Shown: in pieces, positions 37,440 through 48,469 of the stretch | Position numbering within the stretch: position 1 is the first letter of the stretch | Layout of the letters: the number at the start of each line of letters is the position of its first letter | Assembly (NCBI RefSeq): GCF_963921235.1 | Contig: NC_086108.1 | Location: 80,168,001 to 80,232,000 of the forward strand | Length of the DNA: 64,000 nt | DNA from: Mobula hypostoma | Taxonomy: Eukaryota | Reading direction: 5' to 3' | Translations under genes and position numbers: made by a program | The notes under the pieces: model-generated | The model's database searches: none | Seen by the model: the letters and a program-made list of their open reading frames with translations, nothing else | Told to the model about the DNA's origin: nothing

Positions 37440-39492
37440 GAAAATTTAGCCTCTGCACTCCACTCTGTCCTGTCCCATATGAGGAAAATGGTGCCTCATA
37501 TGCCAGGAAGCTGTTTATTGACATTAGCTCAGTATTTAATACGATCAAACCTCAGAAGCTGGTTCGTAAATTGTCCTCATTGGGTCTCAACACCTCTCTC
37601 TGTGAATGAATCCTGGACTTCTTGATAAAAAGGCCACAGTCAGTCCACGTTAGCAGAAACATCTCCAGCTCCATCATGCTGAGCACCAATGCTCACCAGG
37701 GCTGAGTGCTCAACCCACTGTTGTTCATACTGCTGACATATGCATGTACTGCTAGATCATGTCCAAACCGTTTCATCAAGTTCACTGATGACATAACAGT
37801 GGTTGGCCTCAACAACGACGACAAAGAGGCAGTGTGCAGAGTGGAGGTAAAGCAGCTGGTAGAATGGTGCGAGCACAACAACTTGAGTCTCAACGTGGGT
37901 AAGACCAAAGAGATGATTGTGGACTTTAGAAAAGTGCAGGTTAACCACTCCTCACTGCACATATACGGCTTCTCCATGGAGAGAGTTAGGAGCACTAGAT
38001 TTCTGGGAGTGCACATAACAGATGATCTTATCTGGTGCCTCAACACCACCTCTTTGGTCAAGATGCATAGCACTGTCTCCACTTCCTAAGGAGATTCAGG
38101 TAAGTGAGACTTCCCCACCTCCCATTTTAAGCAATCTTTACAACAGCACCATTGAAGGTGGCCTGACCAGCTGCATCACAGTCTCGTAAGGGAAATGCAT
38201 AGCATCTGACAGCAAGTCCCTACAAAGGATTGCGGAGGCTGCTGAGAGAATCACCGGGGTCCCTCTTCCACCCATTAGAGATACTAATCAGGAGTGCTGT
38301 GCACACAGGGCCCTTAGTGTTGTCAATGATCCAATTCATCCGTTGAGCAATCTCTTTGACTTCAGGCAGGAAGAATTAAGAGAAAAGTTGTTAGCATGGG
38401 AAATAACTTCTTCCCCCAGGATGTGAAACTACTGAACTTCCTGCCACTACCCAAGTCTCATCATATATGATATTAAGACATTGAAGCAGAATTAGGCCAT
38501 TTGGCCCATAGAGACTGCTCTGCCATTCAATCATGGCAGATCCTTTTTTCCCCTCCTCAGCCCCTTCACCCGTAACCTTTGATGTTATATCCAATCAAGA
38601 ACCTATCAGGCTACATCTTAAATACACCCAATGACCTGGCCTCCACAGCTGCCTGTGGTAACAAATTCCACAAATTCACCACCCTTTGGCTAAAGAAGCT
38701 TCTCTGCATCTCTGTTTTGAAAGGGTGCTCCTCTATCCTGAGGCTGTGCCCTCTTGTCTAGACTCTCCCACCATGGAAAATATCCTTTCCACATCTACTC
38801 TGTCTAGGCTTTCAACAATCAAAAGATTTCAATGAGATCCCCCCTTATCCTTCTAAATTCCAGTGAGTGCAGACCCAGAGCCATCAAACATTCCTCGTAT
38901 GATAGCCCTGTCATTCCTGGAATCATCTTTGTGAACCTTCTCTGTACCCTCTCCAATGCCAGCGCATCCCTTCTTAGATAAGGAGCCCAAAACTGTTTAC
39001 AATACTCAAGGTGAGGCCTCATCAGTGCCTTATAAAGCCTCAGCATCACATCCTGCTCTTGTATTCTAGACCTCTTGAAATGAATGTTAAAATTTTAGTT
39101 GCCTTCTTCACCACCAACTCAACCTGCAAGTTAACCTTTATGGCATTCTGCACAAGGACTCCCAAGTCCCTTTGCATCTCAGATCTTTGGACTTTCTCCC
39201 TGTTTAGAAAAAGTCTGCACAGTTATTTCTACTACCAAAGTGCATGACCATGCATTTTCCAACATGGTATTTCATTTGCCACTTTCTTGCCCACGAAGCA
39301 TCGGTGGCTTTATACTGTTTATTTTATAACTTGCATTGTATATGCACCTTATTATTTGTGGTAGTATTACTTTACGTGTTGCGTATGTGAGATTTATGTA
39401 CTGTGTTGTACACCTTGGTCTGGAGGAATGTTGTTTCGTTCGGCGGTATACAAGTGTACGGTTGAATGACTATAAACTGAACTTGAACTTAA
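37440..39492 (+). mobile_element. Rex1/Babar LINE RT fragment whose 3' UTR is split by a CR1 insertion
   Basis: [24 protein letters not shown]...KFTDDITVVG...LNVGKTKEMIVDFRK...FLGVHITDDL. Tail taaactgaacttgaactt at about 39475-39492. Confidence 0.85.
38472..39293 (-). mobile_element. CR1-type LINE 3' fragment (same family as 56860-59420)
   Basis: MMLRLYKALMRPHLEYCKQFWAPYLRRDALALERVQRRFTKMIPGM...RIRGDLIE. Confidence 0.9.
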
Positions 39493-40334
39493 TGTTCATA
39501 CCAAAGATATCTGTGAGGCTTGACAGGGTTGATACTGAGAGCATGTTTCCCCTTGTGGTGGAATCTAGAGCTAGAGCTGCACAATTTCAGAATAATGGAT
39601 CACTCATTTAAGACATATGAAATGGAATGCCAAATCTTTGGAATTCATTACCCAGGAACTATAGAAGTTGGATCTTTGAATACATTCATGGCTGAAATGT
39701 TTGATCTAAAGGTGCTTTATGTTATGGGAAACAGGCAGGAACGCAAAGCTCAGTTCAAGATCTGAACAAACATGATCTTATGATTTGCAGACAGTTAACT
39801 ACTACAATTTTTTAATTAACATGTTACTTTCTCCAGTTAGATGTTTCAGATACAGCTACACCGAAGACAGTGAACCTTTTAAAGAAAGTTAAGATACGTG
39901 AATCCTAAGCAACTTTTTTCCAAACATTAAATAATTATTTTCATTTCAATTTCTTTTCCACTGCATCAGCAATCTGACATTTCAGACCATGAAGTCATCA
40001 GACATGAAGATATCAACTTCTGACTGAACAAAACTTTGTCCAAGGCAACTACACAAAACCTTAGTTAGGCCACACATGGAGTTCCGTGCCCAGTTAAAGC
40101 TGCCACATGATGAAAATGGCATGATTACGCAGGAGTGCGTACAGAGAAATATACCAGGACGTTGCCTGGGATGGAGCATTTCAACTGTCAGAAAACAGCA
40201 GACAAATCAGGTTTGTTTTTCTTGGAAAACAGAAGGTCGAAGTTAACTTGATTGATGTACACTGAATTATGATTTTTTCTCCCTGGGAGAGGTGCTTATA
40301 ACTAAAAGGCATTGATTTAAGATAAAATTCAGAG

Positions 40335-40403
40335 CAAGGGTTCCAACTTAGGGTCCATGGATGCCTTAGGGGTCCATGGCATACAAAAGGTTGGGAACCC
40401 CTG
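40335..40403. mobile_element. Tiny hAT-type MITE inside an old CR1 fragment (about 40040-40650)
   Basis: caagggttccaac ... ggttgggaacccctg; degenerate 8-bp TSD (attcagag/atttggac). Confidence 0.6.
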
Positions 40404-41174
40404 ATTTGGACGGAATTTAAGGATTCATTTTCATCAAGAGGGTGGTTGAAATTTGCAATGCATGCCTTTTGGGGTGATGAGGACAGCTGCTAGACAACAT
40501 TTATTAAATACCAAAATAATCATCAGAAACACCCTGGCATAGAAAACACATTTGGAATGCTGGAAAATAGTATTAGTATAGATGTTGAATATAAGTACTT
40601 GATGGCCAACATGGACAAGGTGGGCCATCAAGTTTCAATGCTATATGATTCCTGAACACCATGATAATGCTCAACAACAGGGAATTCAAACTGAAGGTTC
40701 TAGAAAAGATGGATGAAATGATCTATTAGAAAAGGGAAACTGGCTATGGGATAGTAGCTGAGAAGACAAATAGACCAGCAGCTCTATTTTTGAGGAAAGG
40801 ACAATGAGATAATGAAGAAGAATTGGAGCAATGAATGATTAGATGATGTGGAAAAGAGGCATCTTGTGACTGGAATAAACTGGCAAAGATTTAGGAATCA
40901 GAAATTTGATGTCATATATTGGATTATCTCAAAGACAGTATTAAAAAAATTAGGCAAGAAGATGTGCTCCTATGTTAAATCATTAGGAAACCTTTTAACT
41001 TAAGGATTGGGAACAGGTCAGGACCAGTATGGCGCCTTCAGTGGTAACTTTAATGGAACGTGAATCCTCTCCCTCCACCCAAACTATATGCAACACATGA
41101 AATGTCCAAGAAAATGAGGTTTGCTGATGTTACTCAACAGATTGCAACTGGGATCGGTATGAGAGGCTCACAGC

Positions 41175-41768
41175 AGATTTCTTTATATCTCCATGGCCTC
41201 CATTGGTTGGGGTTGACCATGAATGCCACTTCCTGGCTGTTGAAGTCAATACGCAAGCCAGTACACAAGCCAGGGCATTACAATATGAAGAGCAAGTTGT
41301 TGCCCATGCAGTAGGCACCCCCTCTCCACGCAACTGATGAATCCAAAGGAACGGCAGGGACTGATACAGTTTGACACCAGCGGGAGTTCCCAGTCAGCAT
41401 TGAACTCATTGTAGGACTGCCTTGGGGACTCCGGGTTTTTCCTCGGTGATTACTCCCAAAGCCTTCGCTATGAATGGGTACAGCCGCAAGCCAGCAGAGG
41501 TGTGAAATCAGTTTTCCTTCCCATAGATGAGTTCTTACCCACACCTAATGAGCCCATCCAGCTGGAGCAACTGGATTTATGGCACCAGTAATCCGCCCTT
41601 GCCCCTTCTCCCCTCAGTAGAAATGGTTCCACCAGGCTTAGTAGCTAAGCCACATGTGAAGGCCAGGACCTGGCAGAGGCTATTTGAGACATACACCATT
41701 GGGAGCATTTAATAGGTAGTGGGATCTTATCCCCACTGCCTCCTCCAAGTTATGACAATCTTAAGGAA
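41175..41768 (-). mobile_element. About 590-bp non-autonomous RTE-related element (copy 3 of 3)
   Basis: Reverse-complement similarity to 19065-19565 and 23567-24075. Confidence 0.65.
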
Positions 41769-43043
41769 CCTTCTTACATCTAGTCGTAGCCAATTACCTA
41801 CAAACCTCTCAGACACTGGATGTTATGAGAATGATCCCTTTCCTACAAACTTTATTAAAAGCAAAACCTTGATCTATTCTGATATTACTAATCATCGTGA
41901 TTTACTAGATTGTTGAAATCACAAATCATTCAACAAATTACAAAGAAGGATAACAGCATGGAATGTGAGATACAAGTCAAAAATTGCAATTTCTGCAAAA
42001 ACAAGAATAAACAGAGAAAATTACTGTTAAACAAGAGTGCCTACACAGGATGTAGATATCATCAAGTTTTCATTTTTTCCAATTTCTATACACTTAACAG
42101 AAATATTTGCTTATCAGCTATTTAAATGGATTCAAATAAATATGTTTTAGCTTTGGATAATGAATAATTCCTTTAATTGAAAATGGAATATAAATTCTTG
42201 CATTCGTCCGTATAACAAATCTATTGAAGTCAAGACTAACATCTGCCATTTGAAATGAGTAATTCTATTTTTGTCATCCATATAAGGTAAGATTTGTTTG
42301 ACTGTAGGTAAGTGGTTAAAATGCCATCAATAAAAATCCAACACCTTTTAAAAGCAAAGCCCATGTAAAGAACTACTATAATGGTAATTACGTCTTGAGG
42401 ATAGCATCTACCCAGATGTTCTCAAGTGTCTGAAGCTTGTCTCCTGGAAGGGGGAGGAATTCAGCAAACTGTAGGTGATTCCACAACTAATCAGTGTAGA
42501 GCCACTCTACATCCAGTTCAACTCCACCCCAAAAAATTGAGTTCTAACTGGACAAGAAATGAGCTGGTCTATCGTAAAATGTAACAGTCCCAGAAATACA
42601 GGATACCGAAAAGGACGATAATGCAGTAAAATCGCCTGATGCAAATTGTAGAAATCAAAAGGAGACAAATACAAACTAAATCCACTTACAATTAGACACA
42701 TCTTTAATGCAGTAACACAAAAATGCAAACACCTGATAGATAAAGAAATCAGCCCAGATGACCTGAACTTGCTCACACATTCCAGCTTAAATTCTTCATA
42801 TGCACTGCTACTTGACTACTCAAGGAGCTGAAAGATAGAGCATGAACTTGCTGATATTTTCTAACAGTCAGGAATTTACTAATGGATCCTACACAAGACC
42901 ACAAATCCATTAAGTTTATAAAGATTTTGCAGCATTAGGAGCCAAAAGTCGCAACTTTTCTAAGCTCTGTGTTTCAAGTAATGTTTGAATTAGTTTAAAG
43001 ATATTTCTAAGATTTTATTTAGTCTCTTTCGAAAAATGCAATA

Positions 43044-43410
43044 CATTCATTCATTATGTGCCGTGTCGTATGACATGTGCGATCATGGTCATTGACCATG
43101 ACTGTTCTTCAAAAACTTTTCTACAGAAGTGGTTTGCCATTGCCGCCTTCTGGGCAGTGCTTTTACAAGACTGGTGATAAGCCATTATAATTACTCTTCA
43201 AAGACTGGCTGCCTAGTATCAGTGGTTACATAACTAGAACTTGTAATATGCACCAGCTGCTCATATGACCATCCACCATCTGCTCCCATGGCTTCACGTG
43301 ACCCTGATCAGGGGGCTAAGCAGCAGTTACACCTTGCCCAATGGTGGCATGCAGACAGGTGGAGGGAAGGAGTGCCCTACACCTCCTTTGGTAGGGACAT
43401 ATCACCACCC
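43044..43410 (-). mobile_element. Short non-autonomous retroposon with an RTE-type 3' end and (aatg)n tail
   Basis: The minus-strand 3' end gaccatgatcgcacatgtcatacgacacggcacataatgaatgaatg resembles the end of the RTE fragment at about 63373-63420. Confidence 0.65.
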
Positions 43411-43694
43411 AAAAATGCAATATCTCTTTTAATTTTCATATTACTTATTTTCCTGTGAACCTAAGGATCCTGTTGCAGGGGTGGCATTGACTCCCAGTGT
43501 CAAGAGTTCGGTATTGAGCTTGATTGGAGTAATCGTATTGAAGACAGAACTGAAGTCAATAAAAATTAGCCTGAAATAAGTGTCTTCACTCTCCAGACGC
43601 TCCAGGAGTGTGTGTCAGACCAGGGAGACGGCTTCCACAAATTGCAGTGGGTCGAAGTTGACTAGAAAGCTGAATTTGGACTTTATCTTCTTTT

Positions 43695-43945
43695 ATTCAG
43701 AGATACAGCGCAGAACAGGCCCTTCAGACCCTTTGAGCGGCTCCGTCCAACAACCTACCTAACCCTAGCCTAATCACAGGACAATTTACCTACTTACTGA
43801 TACAGCTTTGGACTGAGAGTGGAAACCAGAGTGCCCAAAGAAAACCCACATGGTCACGGAAAGAACATACGAACTCATAGAGATGGTGCTGAATTTGAAT
43901 TCCGGTGCCCCAAGCTGTAATAAGGTCATGATAACCACTACACTA
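43695..43945 (-). mobile_element. V-SINE/HE1-like SINE
   Basis: Minus strand: gtagtgtgtagtggttatc head, tgggttttctttgggcactctggtttccactctcagtccaaag V-domain, and a CR1-like tail. Confidence 0.65.
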
Positions 43946-44794
43946 CTGTTCTGCCCTTTCTACTTTCTCCCCCAATTTATGAGCATGTCATATCTGAATA
44001 ACCCAATCAGGTCTCTGGAAATCCTACTGCCACACACAGCGCCTTAACCATCAGGTTGAGGATGCTCTTTGCAAATTTAGCTTTCTGGATCCAATAACAG
44101 TGCACTGATGGTAACAGGGAACAAAGCAGCAAATGTGAAAGCAGGGCCACACCCAAAAAAAATTCCATGGAAACTATTCTTATTCTCTGTTATTTGCCAT
44201 TATTCAAACCCATATATGAACTACAGAGCTCCCCAGGTTATCACAGAACCGCGTGGACTTTACGCAAATTCCCCATAAATATGAAGAGTAAGGACCAGTA
44301 TCCAGTCATCATTTAATAAGTCTGTAAGGAACAGTCCACGCCTTCTGCAACTCCACAACCTTCTACCTCTACAGCTTCCTCATTACTTCATGAATTGTCC
44401 ACTGTACCACTTTCATTTGACACAAGTACAATTTGATTGTTAACAATTTCAGCTGACATTTGGAAGTGAATATTTTGTTAGACTAACAATATTGAGTAGC
44501 GTTCATTAACAACTGGGATATACTATATGTTTCATTAATTTAATTATGGGTAGTGTTGGGGTAACAGTGGGAAATATTTAATAAAAGAATAAGAGTATGG
44601 ACGACTTTAGGAAATGAATGACAATACAATAGAGTATTGAGAGTAAACAGTACATGAACAAGGATAGGCTCAACTATTTCAAGCAATGGGATTTTATCTT
44701 AGTTGTGTGGGGAATTATCAGTTTCTGACTTGTAGAAAAATTTGGTTTATAGACAGTTCTCAGGATACTTATATATCTTAATGATACATGATAT

Positions 44795-46055
44795 ATCTAT
44801 TGCCACAATAGATCAACGGCAGATGCAATCTCAATGGCTCTTCACACGGCCTTGGACAATACAAACACCTATGTCAGGATGTTGTTCGTCGACTAGAGCT
44901 CAGCATTTAATATTATCATTCCCACAATCCTGATTGAGAAGTTACAGAACCTGGGCCCCTGTACCTCCCTCTGCAATTGGATCCTCAACTTCCTAACTGG
45001 AAGACCACAATCTGTGCAGATTGGCGATAATATCTCCTCCTTGCTGACAATCAACACTGGTGCACCTCAAGTGTGTGTACTTAGCCCACTGCTCTACTCT
45101 CTCTATACCCATGACTGTGTGGCTAGGCATAGCTCAAATATCATCTATAAATTTGCTGATGATAGAACCACTGTTGGTAGAATTTCAGATTGAGGCTAGA
45201 AGGCGTACAGGAGCGAGATATGCCAACTAGTGGAGTGGTGTCGCAGCTTCAACCTTGCACTCAACGTCAGCAAGATGAAAGAGCTGACTGTCGACTTCAG
45301 GAAGGGTAAGACGAAGGAACACATACCAATTCTCATAGAGGGATCAAAAGTGGGGAGAGTTTCAAGTTCCTGCATGTCAAGATCTCTGAGGATCTAACCT
45401 GACCCCAACATATCGATGTAGCTACAAAGAAGGCAAGACAGCTTCTATACTTCATTAGGAGTTTGAAGAGATTTGGTATGCAGAGGGTCATACATTTAGT
45501 CAGCTCCATCTTGGGTACACGACATCTTCAAAGAGTGGTATCTCAGAAAGGCAGTGTCCATTAATAAGGACCCTTAGCACCCAGGGCATGCCCTTTTCTC
45601 ACTGTTACCATCAGGTAGGAGGTACAGAAATCTGAAGGCACACACTCAGCAGTTCAGGAACAGCTTCTTCCCCCTCTGCCATCTAATTCGTATATGGACA
45701 TTGATCCGGTGAACACTACATCACTTTTTAAATATATATTATTTCTGTTTTTGCACAATATTTAATCTATTAATTATACATATATTGTATTTAAGACGAT
45801 TAGATATAGGAGCAGAAGTAGGCCATTCAGCCCATTGAGTCTGCTCCACCATTCAATCATGGGCTGATCCAATTCTTCCAGTCATCCCCACTCCCCTGCC
45901 TTCCCCCATACCCTTTGATGCTCTGGTTAATCAAGAACGTAAATTGATTGATTGATTGATTTTTCGTATTCTATATTATGTATAGCATTGAACTGCTGCT
46001 GCCAAGTTAACAAATTTCACCACTCATGCCATAATAAACCCGATTCTGATTCTAT
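44795..46055 (+). mobile_element. Rex1/Babar LINE RT and 3' fragment, with a short CR1 3' tail (-) at about 45792-45938
   Basis: [46 protein letters not shown] and KFADD; tail aataaacccgattctgattct. Confidence 0.85.
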
Positions 46056-46282
46056 ATCTTGTCAAAAATTTCTAAGAACTTGGATTCTGATAAAATCTCC
46101 AGAAACAGAGCCTGCCATAGACCTTTTGCATTATGGTGTCCATAAATATAAATTATCCTATCTAATTTGGCAGCAAGAAGATAACAACTGAATATCCAGT
46201 ACTTCATGTGCACCTTCCAATATACCAATATGGACGGCTTGCTCCCCAGACTGGGTGAATCAAATTAAGGGATTCAAAGCAA

Positions 46283-46880
46283 ATCAGAATGAGAATCAGG
46301 TTTATATTCACAGATAGATGCTGTAAAATTTGTTGTTTTACAGCAGCAGTACAGTACAATACAATAAAGAAATTACCATATTACAATAAGATATATATAA
46401 GAATAAATAGTTCAAAGAGAGAGCAAAACAGTGAGGTAGAGTTCATGGACCATTCAGAAATCTGATGACAGAGGGAAAGAAGCTGTTCTAAAACACTGAG
46501 AGTATGTCCTAAGGCTCTTTTACTTTTTCCCTGATGGTAGTAATGAGAAGTGAGCATATCCTGAAATGTGACAGTCCTTAATGATGGATACTGCCTTCTT
46601 GGGGCACTGTCTTTTGAAGATTACCTTCGAAGAGGCTAGTGCCCATTGAGTCTACAACCTACAGCAGGTTTCCTGTGCACTGGAGCCTCCATATCAGGTA
46701 GTAATGCAACTAGTCACAAGGCTCTCCACGGTACATCTACAGAAATTTGCAAGTCTTTGGTGACATGCAAAATCTCCTCAAACTCTTAATGAAGTTAAGC
46801 TGCTGGAAGGCCTTCTTCAAGATAGTGTCAATATAATATCCCAGATAGATCCTCTGAGATGTTGACACTCAAGAACTTGA
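46283..46880 (-). mobile_element. Rex1/Babar LINE 3' fragment
   Basis: Reverse complement of the Rex1 C-terminus and its (attctg) tail (aatcagaatgagaatcaggtttat on +). Confidence 0.7.
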
Positions 46881-47813
46881 CAGGACTGTGGTCCCCCATG
46901 AGGAAATTAAAGACCCAGTTATAGAATGTGCTTAAGGTTATCAAATCTAAGTCTAAATAGAAATAATCAATTACAAGTGATAATACTTATTTTTTCTTCT
47001 CAGCTGCTGTTGAGTATTTCAGGTATTGTCTGCTTTTAGTTTAAGTTCTTATGCTCATTGGTATTGATGGTTAATCATGGAAGAGAACAAAATAGAAAGA
47101 TATTGTAGAATAACAAAGAGGAAAACAGGAAGTAGAAAGGGAGGAACTAAATGAAGAGGAGAGTTAGGCAGAAGTGGAAAAGGAACCGAAACAGAACTAC
47201 CGAAGGTGCAACCAACTAATTACAGGCTGGCTAGCAGGACAAGCAAAGGTATGAAAATTCTTCTGAGCTCAACCACCGATATAAAACCACTGTTCTGGTA
47301 TGTGCAAGTGCAAGAATTCATCTACAGTAGAATTATTCGTAAATGTATTCATTTATTTGAGATTTGAGCCAATGGCCAAAAAACCACAGATTAAAATTGG
47401 CATACAGGTGGAGAAAAACTGATTCCATTTGGTCACGGGAAACTGCAAAAGTTTTCTCTTTTCAGAATTTAAATGCACTCAAGCAACAAAACAGGAAAGG
47501 AGCTTGAGTTGCAGAAAATTACGGGCAAAACATAAAAAATAAGAAAATACAAGGGCTAAACACAGATTCACTGGGAACAGATATAACCAAAAGGATCAGA
47601 AAAATATTAAAGAAACTACATTATTTAAACTGCAGACTCAACATACAAAAACAGAATTGCTTTTAATACATCTACAAAAATATTATTCAAAGAGGAACAT
47701 AAAGCATTTCTTGCAGAAGAAAGAACATGAAGTATTCTCTCAGTAACCTAAAAATGAGAAAAATTGGTCACCTCTTGATATAGTAATACTTCGATTTCAA
47801 AATAATGCATTAC

Positions 47814-47953
47814 CTTAATTTTTCCATGTATCTGTCGTAAGGAATCTGCAGTTCCCATATCAGTGTCCTCAGGAATGTACACCATATCCAATTTCATCTT
47901 TGTGTCCAATTGTTGATGTTTTTGGACCTCTTTTGTTGTGACCACAATTACTT
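47814..47953 (-). CDS. EIF2B3: eIF2B gamma subunit, internal coding exon (140 nt; equivalent to the human exon starting at E50)
   Basis: Reads (E)[46 protein letters not shown], matching recalled human EVIVVTTRDVQK...[16 protein letters not shown]. Acceptor ttttccAG at 47954-47955, donor GTaatg at 47812-47813. Phase 1 in, phase 0 out. Confidence 0.96.
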
Positions 47954-48469
47954 CTGGAAAAGAAAGTAACTAAGAATTTCCAATCATAATGCATATACAG
48001 AACAAAGAACTTAGAAATGATCAACTGTTTAACCTTTTAGGTATCAAAGGTATTTGTACAGAAGGATATATGAAGATTATTTGGCACAGCAATGCAGCTT
48101 GTTCCTTCTTTGCTACCTTTGATTTGGTCACTTAAAACCAAATAGATGTGTTCACACAGAGTGAACTGAGATGGTGGTTATGAATGCTAAACATATAATG
48201 TATGACAAACAGAATGTGGGCTATTGTTTATTCTCATATTAATCAGGACCTTGCTTGCATAAAATATTTTTCAACAAGTAACCTGTCCAACTTGAAAATC
48301 AATGAGTTGAAGTGTACATTATGCACAAGAAAAAAGTGTGCTGGAATAGTTGTCTGAACTAAATGGAGACTATGGAGAGAAGGCAAGATAATGACGAAGG
48401 CTCTTAGGAAGATTAGGGACAAGGAGAGGAAACTTGTGGAATTTGAGTGGTGACAAAGATTCAGCATAA

